From Octopus vulgaris (lineage: Eukaryota), in assembly GCA_951406725.2 (NCBI GenBank), contig OX597824.1, positions 75,516,001 to 75,580,000 on the forward strand: 64,000 bases of DNA, read 5' to 3'. The notes below the pieces were generated by a model. The model had not been told where the DNA came from and did not search any database. It saw only the letters and a program-made list of their open reading frames with translations. The translations under genes and the position numbers were made by a program. Below are positions 25,155 to 39,753 of this stretch, piece after piece (the first letter of the stretch is position 1; each line of letters opens with the position of its first letter).

Positions 25155-26182
25155 TTCTTGCATTATTTTTTTTTATCAATTCCACATTTTTCTTATAACG
25201 TCAATGTTCTGTGTTACCATGATTCTGTATCGCCTTCAATTATGCAATATCTAAATGAAAATTAATACTTTCTATCGTTTACAATTTTTACATAAAATAC
25301 AAAAATTCGAAATTGACATCAATACGTATTTTTATACAGCATCTGTAATTTCCTTCAAATACTTACTTTCTTTCACAATTCTATAATTTACCATCGTTTT
25401 TGTGTGTTTTTATGCAAATCTTTATTTCTCTCTCATTTCAAATAAAATCTATATTTTTAGTCAATATTCTATTTTATTGCGGACTCGGTACTTTTGTCTA
25501 TAAATTCCAAATTTTCCTTATTTCCAGTATTTTCTCACAGTTTATTTATTTGTCAAAAGATCCCTTATTTTCCTTTAAATTTTTATTTTCTGACAATTCT
25601 CGTTACAGCAATATCGTGTTTTTTATGACTTCTGTATTTCTTTTCATAACTTCATTATTTTCCGTCATTTCTTTACGTTAAATCAATTTTATACTTTTTC
25701 ATCCATTTTGAATTTTTTCATCGAATTTACATTTTACACCAATTACTCCATCAATTCTTTAGGCTTCTATTAATTCTCTATATTTCAAACAGTTTTCTAT
25801 TGTGCAAAACAGTAATTTATTTTCTCTCTATTCTGTTAGTTTTTCTACAATTGTTGAATGATTTGTGTTTTCATTAACAATGAATTTTTCTAGCACTCCT
25901 TAAAAATAAAATCCTCATTTTTTCCATCACTTTCGATTTTACTTTCAATTAAGTGTTGTCAATATTCTAGTCTTTCGTCGAATGTGAATTTCCAACACAA
26001 TTCTATGTTCTTTCAACAGCTCCCTACATTTATATTAGTTTAAAAAAATAATTCTCTGTCTTTATACCAATTGACAATTTTCCCTACAATCATATATATA
26101 TATATATATATTCCCAAACATCTATAATTCCATCAAATTTTGTGTTTTTCAATCAATTTTGTATTGTGCATTAATTTTGTGC

Positions 26183-26601
26183 ATATAGGTGGATACAGTC
26201 ATGTTTAACAGGTTTGTGCACACTCGGACGAGGGAAGACCCTTTTCAGTGTATCTAGTCTCCGGAGAAAATCTTCCCCTAGACAATATCTGTGTAAACAC
26301 AACATTGGATTATGAATTATGTCATCGGACCGTAGGACGCATGCATTTCGGCATCATTACGCTTCATCAGTTATGAACACTGAATCACTCGTTTATAGCT
26401 CTCTGAGAACAGTCTTTCATATAAATAAAAACAAGTGGTACATTTGTTTATGTACGCAAAAATTGATCAATCTGAAATGAATGAATGAATGAATGAATGA
26501 ATTAATTAATCAGAACAGAACGAAGCAACGTTGAATAAGATATAGGTGTGTAGAGTCATAAAATTTTTGTGTACACCCGGACGTAGGAAGACCTTTCACT
26601 G
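26183..26601 (-). mobile_element. ~357-bp HHR-bearing monomer with ~65-bp terminal redundancy
   Basis: Direct repeats 26183-26250 and 26540-26601; HHR at 26331-26375. Confidence 0.65.
26331..26375 (-). ncRNA. Minimal type I hammerhead ribozyme motif
   Basis: Minus strand: CATAA-CTGATGA-AGCGT[AATG]ATGCC-GAAA-TGCATGCG-TC-CTACG; intact core, GUC triplet, near-palindromic stem III; stem I has two mismatches. Confidence 0.7.
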
Positions 26602-27443
26602 AAGAAATAGATATGTATTTTTCAGGAATTACGTTTTCTTAAACAAAGTCTTATATTTTCCATTACATCCTGTATACCCTATCAAAATTTTTCAACCGAT
26701 TATGTATTTTAACTTCAATTCTATATTTAGTAAGCATTTTGTAATTTTCTGTTAATTATTATTTTTAAAGCAAATCTGCATTTTTGGTGAAAAATACACA
26801 ATTGTTTTAAAACTATTGACTCATAGATTAAATATGGAATTCTTTCAAAATCACTGTTTTGCTCGAACGACTACAGAATAGAGGAGGAATATAGAATTGG
26901 CGATAACATTCATTATTGACAGAGGATGCAAAATTAATGGAATTATACAGTATTGAGTGAAAATATGAGAATTGTTTGGCAAACACAAAAGTGATGGAAA
27001 AATACAAAAATGTGAATAAAATACAAAATAACTGAAAAAAATAAAGAATTCGTGCAAAAAAATAGAATTGTTGAAAAAGATATTGAAGTGACAAAAATAA
27101 GAAATGTTTAATTGTTTAAAAATATTAAAAAAGCAGAATTGATGAAAAAACGAAAAAACGCTATTCAGGGAAAAGTACAGATTTGGCGGAATCGATGGAA
27201 AAACAAGCTTGATGAAAAAAAAAAAAAAAAGAGATTTATGAAAAGTTACTGAATTATAAGAACAATAGAGAAATTAATGGAGAAGTACAGGAGCTATAGA
27301 AAAAAAGAATACTGATACAGAGATGAAGAATTTATCAAATATACAGTACTGTTAGAAACAAACAGACCTGGTGAAAAAAATAAACATTTGATGGGAAAAT
27401 ACAGACACAATGCAAAATGTAAACTTAAAAATTGAATTAATGT

Positions 27444-27890
27444 ACAATGATGCGCACATTCATTCTTAATACGTTACAGCAGATTTGAACGTAAATATGC
27501 TAAACGCTGTTATATTTCACCTTCAGAGAACACCTCCTTTTAGTCGATGTCTTTTGTCAACACACTCGATTCATTGACGTAAGAGGACTTTGAGCCGCCG
27601 ATGTTTTCGTCCTGATTGTGTCTATTCAGTCGAAGCTACTCCTCGCAACTGGGTCAATGAAACTAAACAAGAGTGGTGCCCCTTGTTTAAAGAATTCACC
27701 AAACACATTATTTGCTGATCTGTATTGATATCTGCTAAATCGACAATTACTTATCATATATATGTATAACAACGACAATGAAAACGACAATGTACATATT
27801 CATTCTTAATACGTCCCGGCAGATTCGAACGTGAATGTGTTAATCGTTGTTGTATTTTACCTTCAAAAAACCGTCCTGTTTCAGATGATG
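27444..27890 (-). mobile_element. 340-bp monomer with ~105-bp terminal redundancy and a degenerate HHR
   Basis: ATTCATTCTTAATACG at 27458/27798; minus-strand CTTCGA-CTGAATA-..GGAC-GAAA-..-TCAAAG at 27588-27635. Confidence 0.55.
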
Positions 27891-27959
27891 TGTATGGAGA
27901 CTTTGATGATGTGTAAGAATTGAAAGAAAAACAAAATTTATAGAAAAATAAAGAATTAT

Positions 27960-28830
27960 CTTTTGTCTTTTACTTGTTCAGTGACTGCCATGCTGGAGCA
28001 CCGTTTTAAATGGTTTTAAACGAACTAATCGACATCAATGCTTATGGCTTTTCTACCTCTAAAGTCGAAGTCAACAAGTAGTAGATTTATAATTAATTTA
28101 AATTTAATAAATTAGTTATTATAATTAATAAGCCAAGTACTCAGGCGGAGAGCTGGCAGAAACGTTAGCACACCGGGCGAAATGCTCAGCGGTATTTCGT
28201 CGGTCTTTACGTTCTGAGTTCGAATTCCGCCGAGGTCGACTTTGCCTTTGATCCTTGCGTACTGGGGTCGATCTAATCGACTGGTCCCCTCCCCAAATAT
28301 TTCGGGCTTTGTGCCAAGAGCAGAAAAGAAAAGAATAACCCAGATACTGAGAAAATGCAAAAATACAAGTTCGTTGGGGGGAAAATAAGCATTTTAATGT
28401 GAATATTTGATTGATGAGAAAATGAAGAAATACCGATGTTGGTGTGTTTACGTCCTTGTAACTTGGCGATTTGGCACCGTTTTGAAGGGTTCTAAACGAA
28501 CTAATCGGCATCGATGCTTATGGCTTTTCTAACTCTAAAGTCAAGTACTGATTCTATCCACTTATTTTGTTGAACCGCTGGTTAATGGGAATATAAAGAA
28601 ACCAGCACCGGTTGTTGAGCAGTGAGGGTGTGAAAAAAACACAGGCACCAAGACACTCACACATATGCTACGGGCTTCTACACAGTTTCCGTCAATCAAT
28701 TCCATTCACAGAGCATTGGTTGGCCCAGGGCTATAGTAGACACTTGCCCATGGTGACGCGCAGTGATATTGAACTCGAAACCACGTGGTTGCAAAGCGGA
28801 TTTTTTAATCATACAAACACACCTGCACCT
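27960..28830 (-). mobile_element. Rearranged old SINE C with internal duplication and nested SINE A (28143-28332, +)
   Basis: GCACCGTTTT..CTCTAAAGTC repeated at ~27998 and ~28474. Confidence 0.65.
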
Positions 28831-29528
28831 ACGAATGAGTTCCTATGCTGGAAATCGAGCCATAGACGCTTGGGTGGATGGGTTCTGGGTAAATCAGAAG
28901 TCCTAACTATTGGCTACATAACTAAAAAAAAGATAGTTTAAGTTTGACAAAAAGTAAAGAATATTAATAGAAAAATATAGAATTATTTAAAAACTCTCAA
29001 AACTTATTAAAATGAGCAAAAAAAATGGAAAATATAGAATACACAAATATTTTCTTTAGAAAAAAGCTAAAATTTTATTCAAGAAAGATTAAGTTAGAAG
29101 TCACTTTCACTTCACAGAAATGTCAAGAAAAGAATCAATTATTTTCCGGATGTGTTTGAAGAAACATATGGCTGGTTTCCGGTATACCACTGGACTTTGT
29201 TCTGACAGTTAAGAAAATGAAGCGAAAGCAAAATCTCAGTCATGAGTTGAAATTTCGATGGGAAACTTCAAAGAAACGGATATAAATTAGTTCCACACCA
29301 ATAATCTATGATTCCTGATTCCTCAATGTCGTTCAAGACCACAAATCAATTAAATCCACTCCAGTACTTAACTGCTGCTTATTTTAACGACTCTTGAAAG
29401 ATCAAAAGGAAAGTAGATCACGGTAATTAAAGCGAGGTAACTAAATAATATAAGAAACTGAGTCTGGCGTTCAAACGATTTTACTAATGTAAAAGGCTTA
29501 TAGCAGACATCTTCTTTCGTTCTTTCAT

Positions 29529-29842
29529 CGCCCTTTTCAAGCCTAGCGAAGCTCATGGGCCCGGTTTCCCGGTTTCTGTGGCGTATGTGTTCCCTCCAGC
29601 TGGACGGGACGCCAGTCCATCGCAGCGTTACTCAAGAAACAGGAAGAGAGAGAGAGTGAGAGAAAGTTGTGGCGAAAGATTACAACAGGGGTCGGTCGCC
29701 ACCACCCCCTGCCGGAGCCTCGTGGAGCTTTTAGGTGTTTTCGCTCAATAAACAACACACACAACGCCCGGTCTGGGAATCGAGACCGCGATCCACCGAC
29801 TGCAAGTCCGCTGCTCTAACCACTGAGCCATTCCGCCTCCAC
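29529..29842 (-). mobile_element. Chimeric SINE: family D head + family B tail
   Basis: Same junction CTTCCTGTTTCTTGAGTAACG as 20314-20602. Confidence 0.85.
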
Positions 29843-30504
29843 AAAAGTAAAGTCGAGCCTTGTGGTATTTGAACTCAGGTCGTAAAGACGGTCGATGCTG
29901 ATAAGCATTTCATCCGGCTTGCCAACGATTCGGCCAGCTCGCCGTCTTATAACATACATAGGCAAACTTTTTCGAAAAGCGGACCGCATAAGACATGATT
30001 CTTCATCTGGAAAGTCGCGCTGCTAAAAAATTCAATGGTCATTTTTGTTAAGCGTGTCATTTACGAAGTCCCACCAGCCGCACTTTTCCCATGAATAATT
30101 TATAGTAAAGGGTTGGTTGTAGCTGATTGAATTGACATGTAGTAACAGATTGGTACACTTCTTTTTCTCACTGCTATATAGAGGGAGTTCTATAAGCAAT
30201 GTGGTTTTCTGTCCGATTATATATGGAAAGAAACAAGCCTAATGTGTATATCGCTCTAATATGACGATGACGATGATGATGATGATAATAACAGTCATTA
30301 TTTTTAGTTATTTACATTATGTAAACTCCAGTTCTTGAGTGATGCTTCATCTTTTTCGACCACTGAGGGATGGAAAGAAAAGTTGACCCCGGTCGTATTT
30401 GAACTCGAAACGTAAAGAGCCAGAACAAATGCAAGGAATCTTCAACGACGTTATAACACTTCTGCTAGCTCATCACTAACAACAACAACAATAATAATAA
30501 TAAT

Positions 30505-30712
30505 TTCTTTTTTATATAGGCACAAAGCCTGAAATTTGGAGGGAGGGATTAAATCGATTACCGGTGGGCAACTGGTACTTAATTTATTGACCCCGAAAGG
30601 ATGAAAGGTAAAGTCGACCTCGGCGGAATTTGAACTCAGAATGTAGTGACGGGCAAAAATACCGCTAAACATTTCGTCCAGCATGCTAACATTTCTGCCA
30701 GCTCACCGCCTT
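30505..30712 (-). mobile_element. SINE family A
   Basis: Reverse complement head/B-box/Deu-Nin-like domain. Confidence 0.8.
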
Positions 30713-31883
30713 ACTATAGTATGTATAATACTATTTCTGGATAGCAAAGGGTGAAATCTGAAGGTGGACAAGCTTCATACTGTACTCTACTGCTTAACAG
30801 GATATTTAACGTCCACTGTCCATGCTGGCATGGGTTACATGGTTTGACCAGGGCTCACAAGCTGAAAGACTGCGCCAGACTCCAGGCATGGCTTTCTATG
30901 GCTGGATGCCCTTCCTAACACAGTCTTGGGTTACCATTTATGCAGGAAGTGCAAAAGATTTCATTAACTGGTACGTCACACATAGTGAGAAGGGCATTGT
31001 CGCTGTGAATTTTCTTTCTTTTTTTACTCTTTATTGTCTTTGTTTACTTTTATAGTCAATATTTTTTCTCTGTCTTTCTTCCCCTCTTTTCTATATTTGT
31101 TCTTTGTAAACGAACAATCTGGTGTGATTATTTTAATGACATACAAATGTATACAGCGCGTGTATCTGCACTAGGTGTCAGGAAGACACTCGGCAAGAAA
31201 AGGAAACAGAATTGAAAGAAGTTGATAATGAAAGTGTTATAATAATAATATAATAATAATAATAATAATAATAATAGTAATAATAATTAACGGAACCCAT
31301 GAAAAACCAAGCACAAGAAAGGTGGGCGGAAAATCATAATTACTATAAAATAGTTGATTTATGAGTTACACACACACTATTATGCAGCACCCCTCCAAAA
31401 ACAAACAAGAATAAACTTATACTGTAAATACCCAACACTGCCATAAAAGGCTGTTACTCGACAGTAGAACACAACCTGTGCTACACAAACAACACAATAT
31501 AAAACCTAATACAATAGAAGACTCAAACAAAACCCCATAACAAAACGTACTGAAAAAAATGCAGCCCACACCACCTCACCAGCACGAAGGTGCGACATAT
31601 GGTGCAGTAGAAAGTTGTTTGAAACTTTCAGATGTCGAAAAATAATAATGACGATTCTGACGAACGTTACCTTACCTCAGTTTATGAGAGACAGGAGTTT
31701 CCGAAGAATTCTGGTTGTAACAGTGAAAATAAAGCCGGACCTTTAAGAGAAGGCCTCTCGCTCGGCAGTGGTTCAGTAAAGAATCAGCTGTTGAGTCTGT
31801 TACCATTTTCAGTGTTATTTTAGTGATTTAAACGAGGGTTTTAGATATCATTTCTAGCAGGTAGACGTATGCGTGCGTCCTTA

Positions 31884-32171
<288 letters not shown>

Positions 32172-32283
32172 CCTGCTCGCTTAGCCAGCGGGGTGGCGTC
32201 ATTCGAAGGCTAAAACAATGCGAACGCATTGTGACCAGCGATGTGTAACAACATCTGATGGTCTGGTCGGTCACGTGATCACG

Positions 32284-32315
<32 letters not shown>

Positions 32316-32619
32316 CACTCTGTGTGTGTGTGTGAGTGTACGTTTGTATGTGCGTGTGTTAGTGTGTTTGTGTGTCTGTGTATGAGTGCCATTTTGTGTA
32401 GTCTTTTCTTTCATATTTTCTTATAAAGTCTTCATTGTTTCAGGCAAAGTGTAAATAACTTAAATAAAATATGAGAAAGAAAAATAATTGAAACCGGAGT
32501 GGCGCTGTTCTGTATTCAATATATCTTTAAAAGAAAACAATCTCTTATATTTACATAATGCATAAAAACAACTACGTGCATCCCCACTACATACATACAT
32601 ACATACATACATACATACA

Positions 32620-32699
<80 letters not shown>

Positions 32700-33614
32700 T
32701 TCATTGAAATATACATACATGCATACATATATACATACATATAAATGTATATATAAATATGCTATATGTGTGTATGTGTGTGGCTTTGCTAACTACATGC
32801 ATTCACTAACAATCTTCTGATTGGTTCTTTTAACTTAACTTACCGCAATTTTTCTACAGAGATTTTTTTATGTGCGTTCCTCTTGAAAGTTTTCTAATTA
32901 GTAAACTAAGATGATTCTGAATGCAATCGCCGGGGGCTTCTGCCATATGCTGAAGGTAAGTTATTGCTCTGCGTCAGAGAGTGTGTGTCTGCGCGCGCAC
33001 ATTCGAGTGTGTGTATGAGTGTGTGTATGCGTGTGCGTGTGTGCGCGCGTTGGCATCAGTTACCAAGATTGTGCGTGTATATATGAAAGCATTGCTACTC
33101 AAAAAACACCGTCTATCATTATGTGATGGAAGCGTAGCCTTGGATGCCTACAATTTGTAAATTTGATGCGGTTGTTTTTTTGTTTTTTTTGTAAACTACG
33201 ATTGTTGCAACAATCTGCCGTGTGCAGTGTCGACAAACCATTGATAATCCTCTTTTACTTGGCATCCTTAGTTCTTTCGGCAGCGATGATCTTGATAGCA
33301 TTGCTTTGGATTTGTTTGATTGTTCTCTACTGTGCTTTGTATAAGTCTAATTTTCTTGGCTACTGGAGATAAGGTCGGACAATTTTCGTGCTAATGGCAA
33401 CCGTTGAGTCGGGAACACGTGTCCACGATTGCCCTTTTAGCTCCAGACAATAAACCTGTCAGTTTTGGAGAATACTTTATTCTTGAGATTCTCTCCCCTT
33501 CTCAAGTGAAATTGGTCTTAACTGCCATTTGGTAATTATCATATATCTTCTAGAGGCAGAGATAATTTTAATGAATTAAGAATTCATGTTGTAAGGTATA
33601 TATATATAATTGCA

Positions 33615-33825
33615 TGTGTGTGTCTGAGTTTGTCCTCCAATCACCGCTTGACAATCGATGTTGGTTTGTTTACGTCCCCATAACCTAGCGGTTCGGCATA
33701 AGAGACCGATAGAATATGTATTAGGCTTACAAAAATAATAAGTCCAGGGGTCGATTTCTTCGATTGTAGGCGGTGCTCCAGCATGGCCGCAGTCAGGTGA
33801 CTGAAAGAAATAAAAGAATAAAAGA
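33615..33825 (+). mobile_element. SINE family C, 3' half
   Basis: Matches 4545-4745. Confidence 0.8.
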
Positions 33826-34046
33826 ATACTTGAGTTATCGTCCTTGATAAATTTGCACAATTTCCTTTTGTAATATCCTGTACTTGTTTTTTTTTTACCG
33901 TACATTCTCGAACCTTCTTAACTGCTCTTGTTTTTTTATTTGCTTCCATCATTTGACTGCGGCCATGCTGCACACAGTGGATGAGATAATGCTGAATCAT
34001 AATATACAATGACTGGCAATGATTCGGTAGTTGGTATAATGGTATA

Positions 34047-34280
34047 AGGCGGCGAGCTGGCAGAATCGTTAGCATGCCGTGCGAAATGCTTAGCGGTATT
34101 TCGTCTGCCGCTACGTTCTGAGTTCAAATTCCGCCGAGGTCGACTTTGCCTTTCATCCTTTCGGGGTCGATAAATTAAGTACTAGTTACACACTGGGGTC
34201 GATGTAATCGACTTAATACCTATGTCTGTCCTTGTTTGTCCCCTCTATGTTTAACCCCTTGTGGTAGTAAAGAAATAGGT
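34047..34280 (+). mobile_element. SINE family A, full length
   Basis: Complete head to tail; GGTATAA on both sides (possible TSD). Confidence 0.9.
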
Positions 34281-34391
34281 ATAATGCTTTCGGGGATTAC
34301 TTTGGGGGTCCATGGAGACTCGAGCGGACATAAATACTGTCTCAGGCCTTCCTACATTTGAGCTAGCAAAACTAAGAAAATACAACGGCTT

Positions 34392-34622
34392 GATAGATAG
34401 ATAGATAACTTTCTTTATTGGCCACACAGGGCTGAATACAGCTTTTCTTTTCGGAGATGGAAAAAGAAAACAGGAACAAAAAAGGAAACAAATGTAAAAT
34501 TCCGATCATAAGCGATCGGATGGGGGGGGGGGCGATCAAAAGGGACCGTGTATCACAGAAACAAATTTTTTTAAAAGAAAGATTAGGTTCATCCGTGGGA
34601 AGAAAAGCCTACAGAAAAGACC

Positions 34623-34705
<83 letters not shown>

Positions 34706-34918
34706 TGTTTCTTTATTAGCCACACAGGGCTGCACACAGACAGGACAAAATTACAAGGTAGAGCTTTTCTTTTGGGGGTAAAAGCTTTTCTTTTGGTTTT
34801 CGATCAAAAGGGATCGTAAATGGAAAGAAAGAGGACATAAAAGGGGGGGAGGAACAAAATTGGATCAATAGGGATCGTTATCACAGAAATGTCAATAGAT
34901 AGATAGATAGATAGATAG
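34392..34918 (-). mobile_element. Two 5'-truncated retroposon 3' ends in a (GATA)n tract
   Basis: 34408-34622 and 34706-34895 end (minus strand) in CAGCCCTGTGTGGC(C/T)AATAAAGAAA + (CTAT)n; homologue at 40385-40640. Confidence 0.7.
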
Positions 34919-35912
34919 CGAGAGAGTTGAACCAACAACTCAATTGTTAGTTATTTTTGGCTGATTAACTAAAGTAATGAGAAGTGAAATGCGTTTTTCA
35001 GGATTCGAGCCCGTGACATTATAATCATGAGTCCGACACGCTAACCACTTGTCTACGCGCTTAGATACTCTGTATATGTAAAACAGGCTGGAAGGTCATG
35101 ATATGCCTTTCGATGATATGTTTGCTTGACCAAAGCCGACCTAGGCCTAAACAAAGACAACACCAACAACAAAACAAAAAAGCAACGATTTCGACACCAA
35201 CGGCTTTAGATCAGGCAGGCTGGTTGCCGCTTTTCAATTAGATGTCCAAAGAATTATTATTATTGTTGTTGTTGTTGCTGCCGCTTCTGCCGCTGCTGTT
35301 TTTGTTGTCATTTTTGTTGCGACGTCTCTTTTTGATCAATGTAAACCCCACCTTTCACAGTGATGTATGTCGTCCTTTGATATGTTCCCAATATCCTCGG
35401 CCCTTGCGGCCAATAAATGAGATCGCCATCATCATCATCATCATCATCATCATCATTATTATTATTATTGTTGTTGTTGTTGTTTTTGTTGTTGTAGCAG
35501 TTTTGTACAGCTTACTTCACGGTTTCCCTTTTATCAATAAATGCCACGAATGCCTCTTGCCTTTGATGACGGCTACCTTTTTAAATGTCATTCTGTCCTT
35601 TGCTGCTTGCTCTTCTTTCCCTCCCACCCTGTCCCTCTTTCACTCTCACTGTTTCTTCATCTCTCTCTCTCTCTCCCTCTCCCTCTCTTTTCCTTTCTCT
35701 ACTTACTGACCTCTTGCTGACCCCAGAGATTCAACGATCATCAAATGTCAGACGGACGTGTAGTAAGTTTTATTGAATTAATAATAATACTGTGCGTTAA
35801 ATTTTATTTGTGCCTAGTCTGAAAGAAACCAGCATTCATCGCTGCAGATGTTTTGAGTGAATAAGAACTAAGCGCTATTTTCAAATGTACAAACACACAG
35901 ACACGCACACAG

Positions 35913-35963
<51 letters not shown>

Positions 35964-36202
35964 ATAACGCACATACAGACAAACGTTCCATGGCCAAAGG
36001 GAGACAAAACTCTAGATAGATACACATACAGGTGCAGGCATTAATGGTTGGGTGGTTAAGGAGATCGCTTTGTAAGCACATGATTTCGGGTTCAGTCCAT
36101 ATGCGTGGCACCCTGGGCAAGTATCTTCTTTTATAGACCCAGGCCAATCAATGCCTTATAAGTGATTTTTAGTCGACGTAAACTGTGTGGGAAACCCGTC
36201 GC

Positions 36203-36674
<472 letters not shown>

Positions 36675-36811
36675 TAGAAAAATAAGGTACTTAGAAATCT
36701 GGATGGTTGTATATTTACAGATTTTTATTAATATGTCACATGTTTTTATTAATCATATATTGGCGCTTGTATCTACTCTAGTAGAATCTCCAGATTATAT
36801 ATATATATATA

Positions 36812-37028
36812 TTTTACTCTCTCTCTCTTTTTACTCTTTTACTTGTTTCAGTCATTTGACTGCGGCCATGCTGGAGCACCGCCTTTAGTCGAGCAAATCG
36901 ACCCCGGGACGTATTCTTTTTTGTAAGCGTAGTACTTATTCTATCGGTCTCTTTTGCCGAACCGCTAAGTGACGGGGACGTAAACACACCAGCATCGGTT
37001 GTCAAGCAATGCTAGGGGGACAAACACA

Positions 37029-37093
<65 letters not shown>

Positions 37094-37256
37094 GACAGGC
37101 TTCTTTCAGTTTCCGTCTACCAAATCCACTCACAAGGCATTGGTCGGCCCGGGGCTATAGCAGAAGACACTTGCCCAAGATGCCACGCAGTGGGACTGAA
37201 CCCGGAACCATGTGGTTGGTTAGCAAGCTACTTACCACACAGCCACTCCTGCGCCT
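36812..37256 (-). mobile_element. SINE family C, full length
   Basis: Head, central microsatellite and tail complete. Confidence 0.92.
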
Positions 37257-37264
37257 ATATATAT

Positions 37265-38580
37265 GTAATTGTTAAAGAGGACAACAGACATTAAGGCAAG
37301 GCAAACATCTCAAGTCGTATACAATATTATTATTGGAAAAAATTCAAAGTCTTACAACTGTTTCTGCAATATCCCCGAGTATGGTATATACCGTCATCAG
37401 AGACAAATAGGGGGAAAATATCGAAAATGAGAATGGTATATATTAATGGGAAGACGACATAGAGGAATGGAGTAAAAGAACTGGGAGATGGAGAGTAATA
37501 AGAAAAAAGAAGCATAAAAGTTCATAGTTCAATTTTCCGATGTTGCAGAAATAGATAAATGCGGGTTAAATGCTTAGATAAATGCGGGTTAAAATCTTGA
37601 TATAGTAAACATCCAGAGAAAAAAGACGCTATATATCAATGTTCAATAGCAAAATGGTAGCGGAGGTGGCTTATTAAGTGGTAAAAGTAAAGAAAAGAAA
37701 TAGAAAGAGAAGTAGAGTGAGGTAGGGTGGTGGAATTTAAAAATTGGCTTTAGGATGAAGTAAGGTATATAGGTGTATGCTGTCAAAGAATTGTGTACGG
37801 AGTAGCCGAGAAAATAAGAGAGAGGATGAGGGGGTAGAGGAAGATAAGGTAAAAAAATAAAGCAAAATGAAAAGAATTTAAAGAGAGTAGTAGATGTCTA
37901 CGGTAGTCATAAAGTCTATAGGTGTGGGGTATGAGATCTAGTAGTAAATACTCGTGACCGCTCCGGCTAAGGTCAGTGGCTGTAGAGTTATTTTTAGCAA
38001 TGGGGTTATGAGTGTGTAGGTAGCCAATAATGGAGGAGCTAATTGAATGTTAAATTATTTATTAGTGGGAGTCAGAGTAAGAAATTAGGGGATTTATTGG
38101 GTTAGAGTTTTAAAATAATTTAAGGATAAATTAAAGAATTTATATTTATCTCATAGGATGATGAGATAAAAGATATAGAGATATAGGAGAGATAGAAGAA
38201 TTATAGAGGGGTATGTGATAATGATCATAGGGGTTTGTATGTGTAAACTTACATTTAGATTTATGAAAGAACTTAAAAGTGTGGAAGAATTTGGGCTTAC
38301 GTTGTGAAGGCCTCGTTGTATTTATTAAGTAATTCTGGTGAGTTGTGGGGTAAAACTTTGAGGGTTTTTTTTTTAAGCAGAGTCCACAACTGGAGTGTTG
38401 GCCCTGATATGGGATACCCAAGGCTATAATAGCCCAGGAAAGTTTATACTGTATTTTCCTATTAATTAGATGGTGTACGTGGCAGGCTAGTGATGTGGAA
38501 TTGCTATTCTCTTTATATTTAAACGAGTTTAAATGTGCATAATATCTTTGTTTATATTTGGTACTCGATCCAGTTATAAT
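37265..38580 (-). mobile_element. Penelope-like element 3' fragment: GIY-YIG endonuclease C-terminal half, 3'UTR and HHR
   Basis: TGSSTKYKQRYYAHLNSFKYKENSNSTSLACHV..YKLSWAIIA..PY..CGLCL, then after a poly-A frameshift TLKVL..PELLNKYNEAF; HHR at 37349-37404. Confidence 0.8.
37349..37404 (-). ncRNA. Type I hammerhead ribozyme motif of PLE pseudo-LTR
   Basis: Minus strand: GTCT-CTGATGA-CGGTAT..ATATTGCA-GAAA-CAGTTG-TA-AGAC; intact core, GUA triplet. Confidence 0.8.
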
Positions 38581-38925
38581 CACTTCAACTAATAATACAT
38601 ATACTTCAACTACTATTAGGACTAGCATTTATATTAATACTAACACCAACGGCAATATTATCATTACTGAAAATAATACTGCTACTAACACTCCTATTAC
38701 AAACGCAACTATTAATAGCTGCAATAATAACATCACTAATACCACTTCCTCTGGTACCGTTAATACTAACATTACATTGCTTCTCGGAAATCCTTCGCCA
38801 CACATCTGTGACCTCTTCAGTGACACTTTTCGTTTTCGACTGTGTTCTTGCTCCACTTACTCCATTCTGTTCTTCTAAGATGTGTATCCATATGTGCGCA
38901 TGCGTTTGTGGCGTTGTTTGTGTGC

Positions 38926-38964
<39 letters not shown>

Positions 38965-39332
38965 TGTGTGTATATGTGTGTGTGTTTCATAGTTTTTAGC
39001 TGCAGTGTGGCCTTCCCCTCAGTCCTATCCTCTCAGCCCACTGTGCTGCTGTTGCTGTCCCAAGACTCGAAAAAAATATGGTACAGTTCCTGTATTCCTC
39101 TGTGTATGTGTGTACGCCCACGTTATTACCATCGTGGTAGTTGTAGTTATTGTCATCGTTGGCACCGTCAACAATTCAAGTTATCATTCTTGATTCAATC
39201 ATTGGTTTTGAAATCCTTTCTTTCTCGCTCTTCTTCTCTTAGTATGTATATAAATACATACTAACATCTTTGTAAATATACACATTACAGTTCAGTGTAA
39301 GTTGAGGATTGAAAAAGTGATTCTTAAGTAAG

Positions 39333-39753
39333 TACTCTTTTACTCTTTTACTCTTTTACTTGTTTCAGTCATTTGACTGCGGCCATGCTGGAGCACCGCC
39401 TTTAGTCGAGAAAATCGACCCTGGGACTTATTCTTTGTAAGCCCAGTACTTATTCTATCGGTCTCTTTTGCCGAACCGCTAAGTGACGGGGACGTAAACA
39501 CACCAGCATCGGTTGTCAAGCAATGCTAGAGGGACAAACACAGACATACAAACATATACACTCACACTTATATATATATACATATATACAACAGGCTTCT
39601 TTCAGTTTCCGTCTACCAAATCGACTCACAAGGCATTGGTCGGCCCGGGGCTATAGCAGAAGACACTTGCCCAAGATGCCACGCAGTGGGACTGAACCCG
39701 GAATCATGTGGTTGGTTAGCAAGCTACTTACCACACAGCCACTCCTGCGCCTA
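39333..39753 (-). mobile_element. SINE family C, full length
   Basis: Nearly identical to 36812-37256. Confidence 0.92.

Noticed and set aside
29100-29330. Possible host exon after TTTCACTTCACAG
   Set aside because: All three frames stop within ~100 nt; no recognisable peptide or donor
33110-33440. Possible RLE endonuclease remnant on the minus strand
   Set aside because: Only short motif hints in different frames; too weak
38558-38878. Asn/Thr-rich ORF and HHR-like CTGAAGA..GAAG motif at 38780-38830 (-)
   Set aside because: Low-complexity sequence; core and stem I too mismatched
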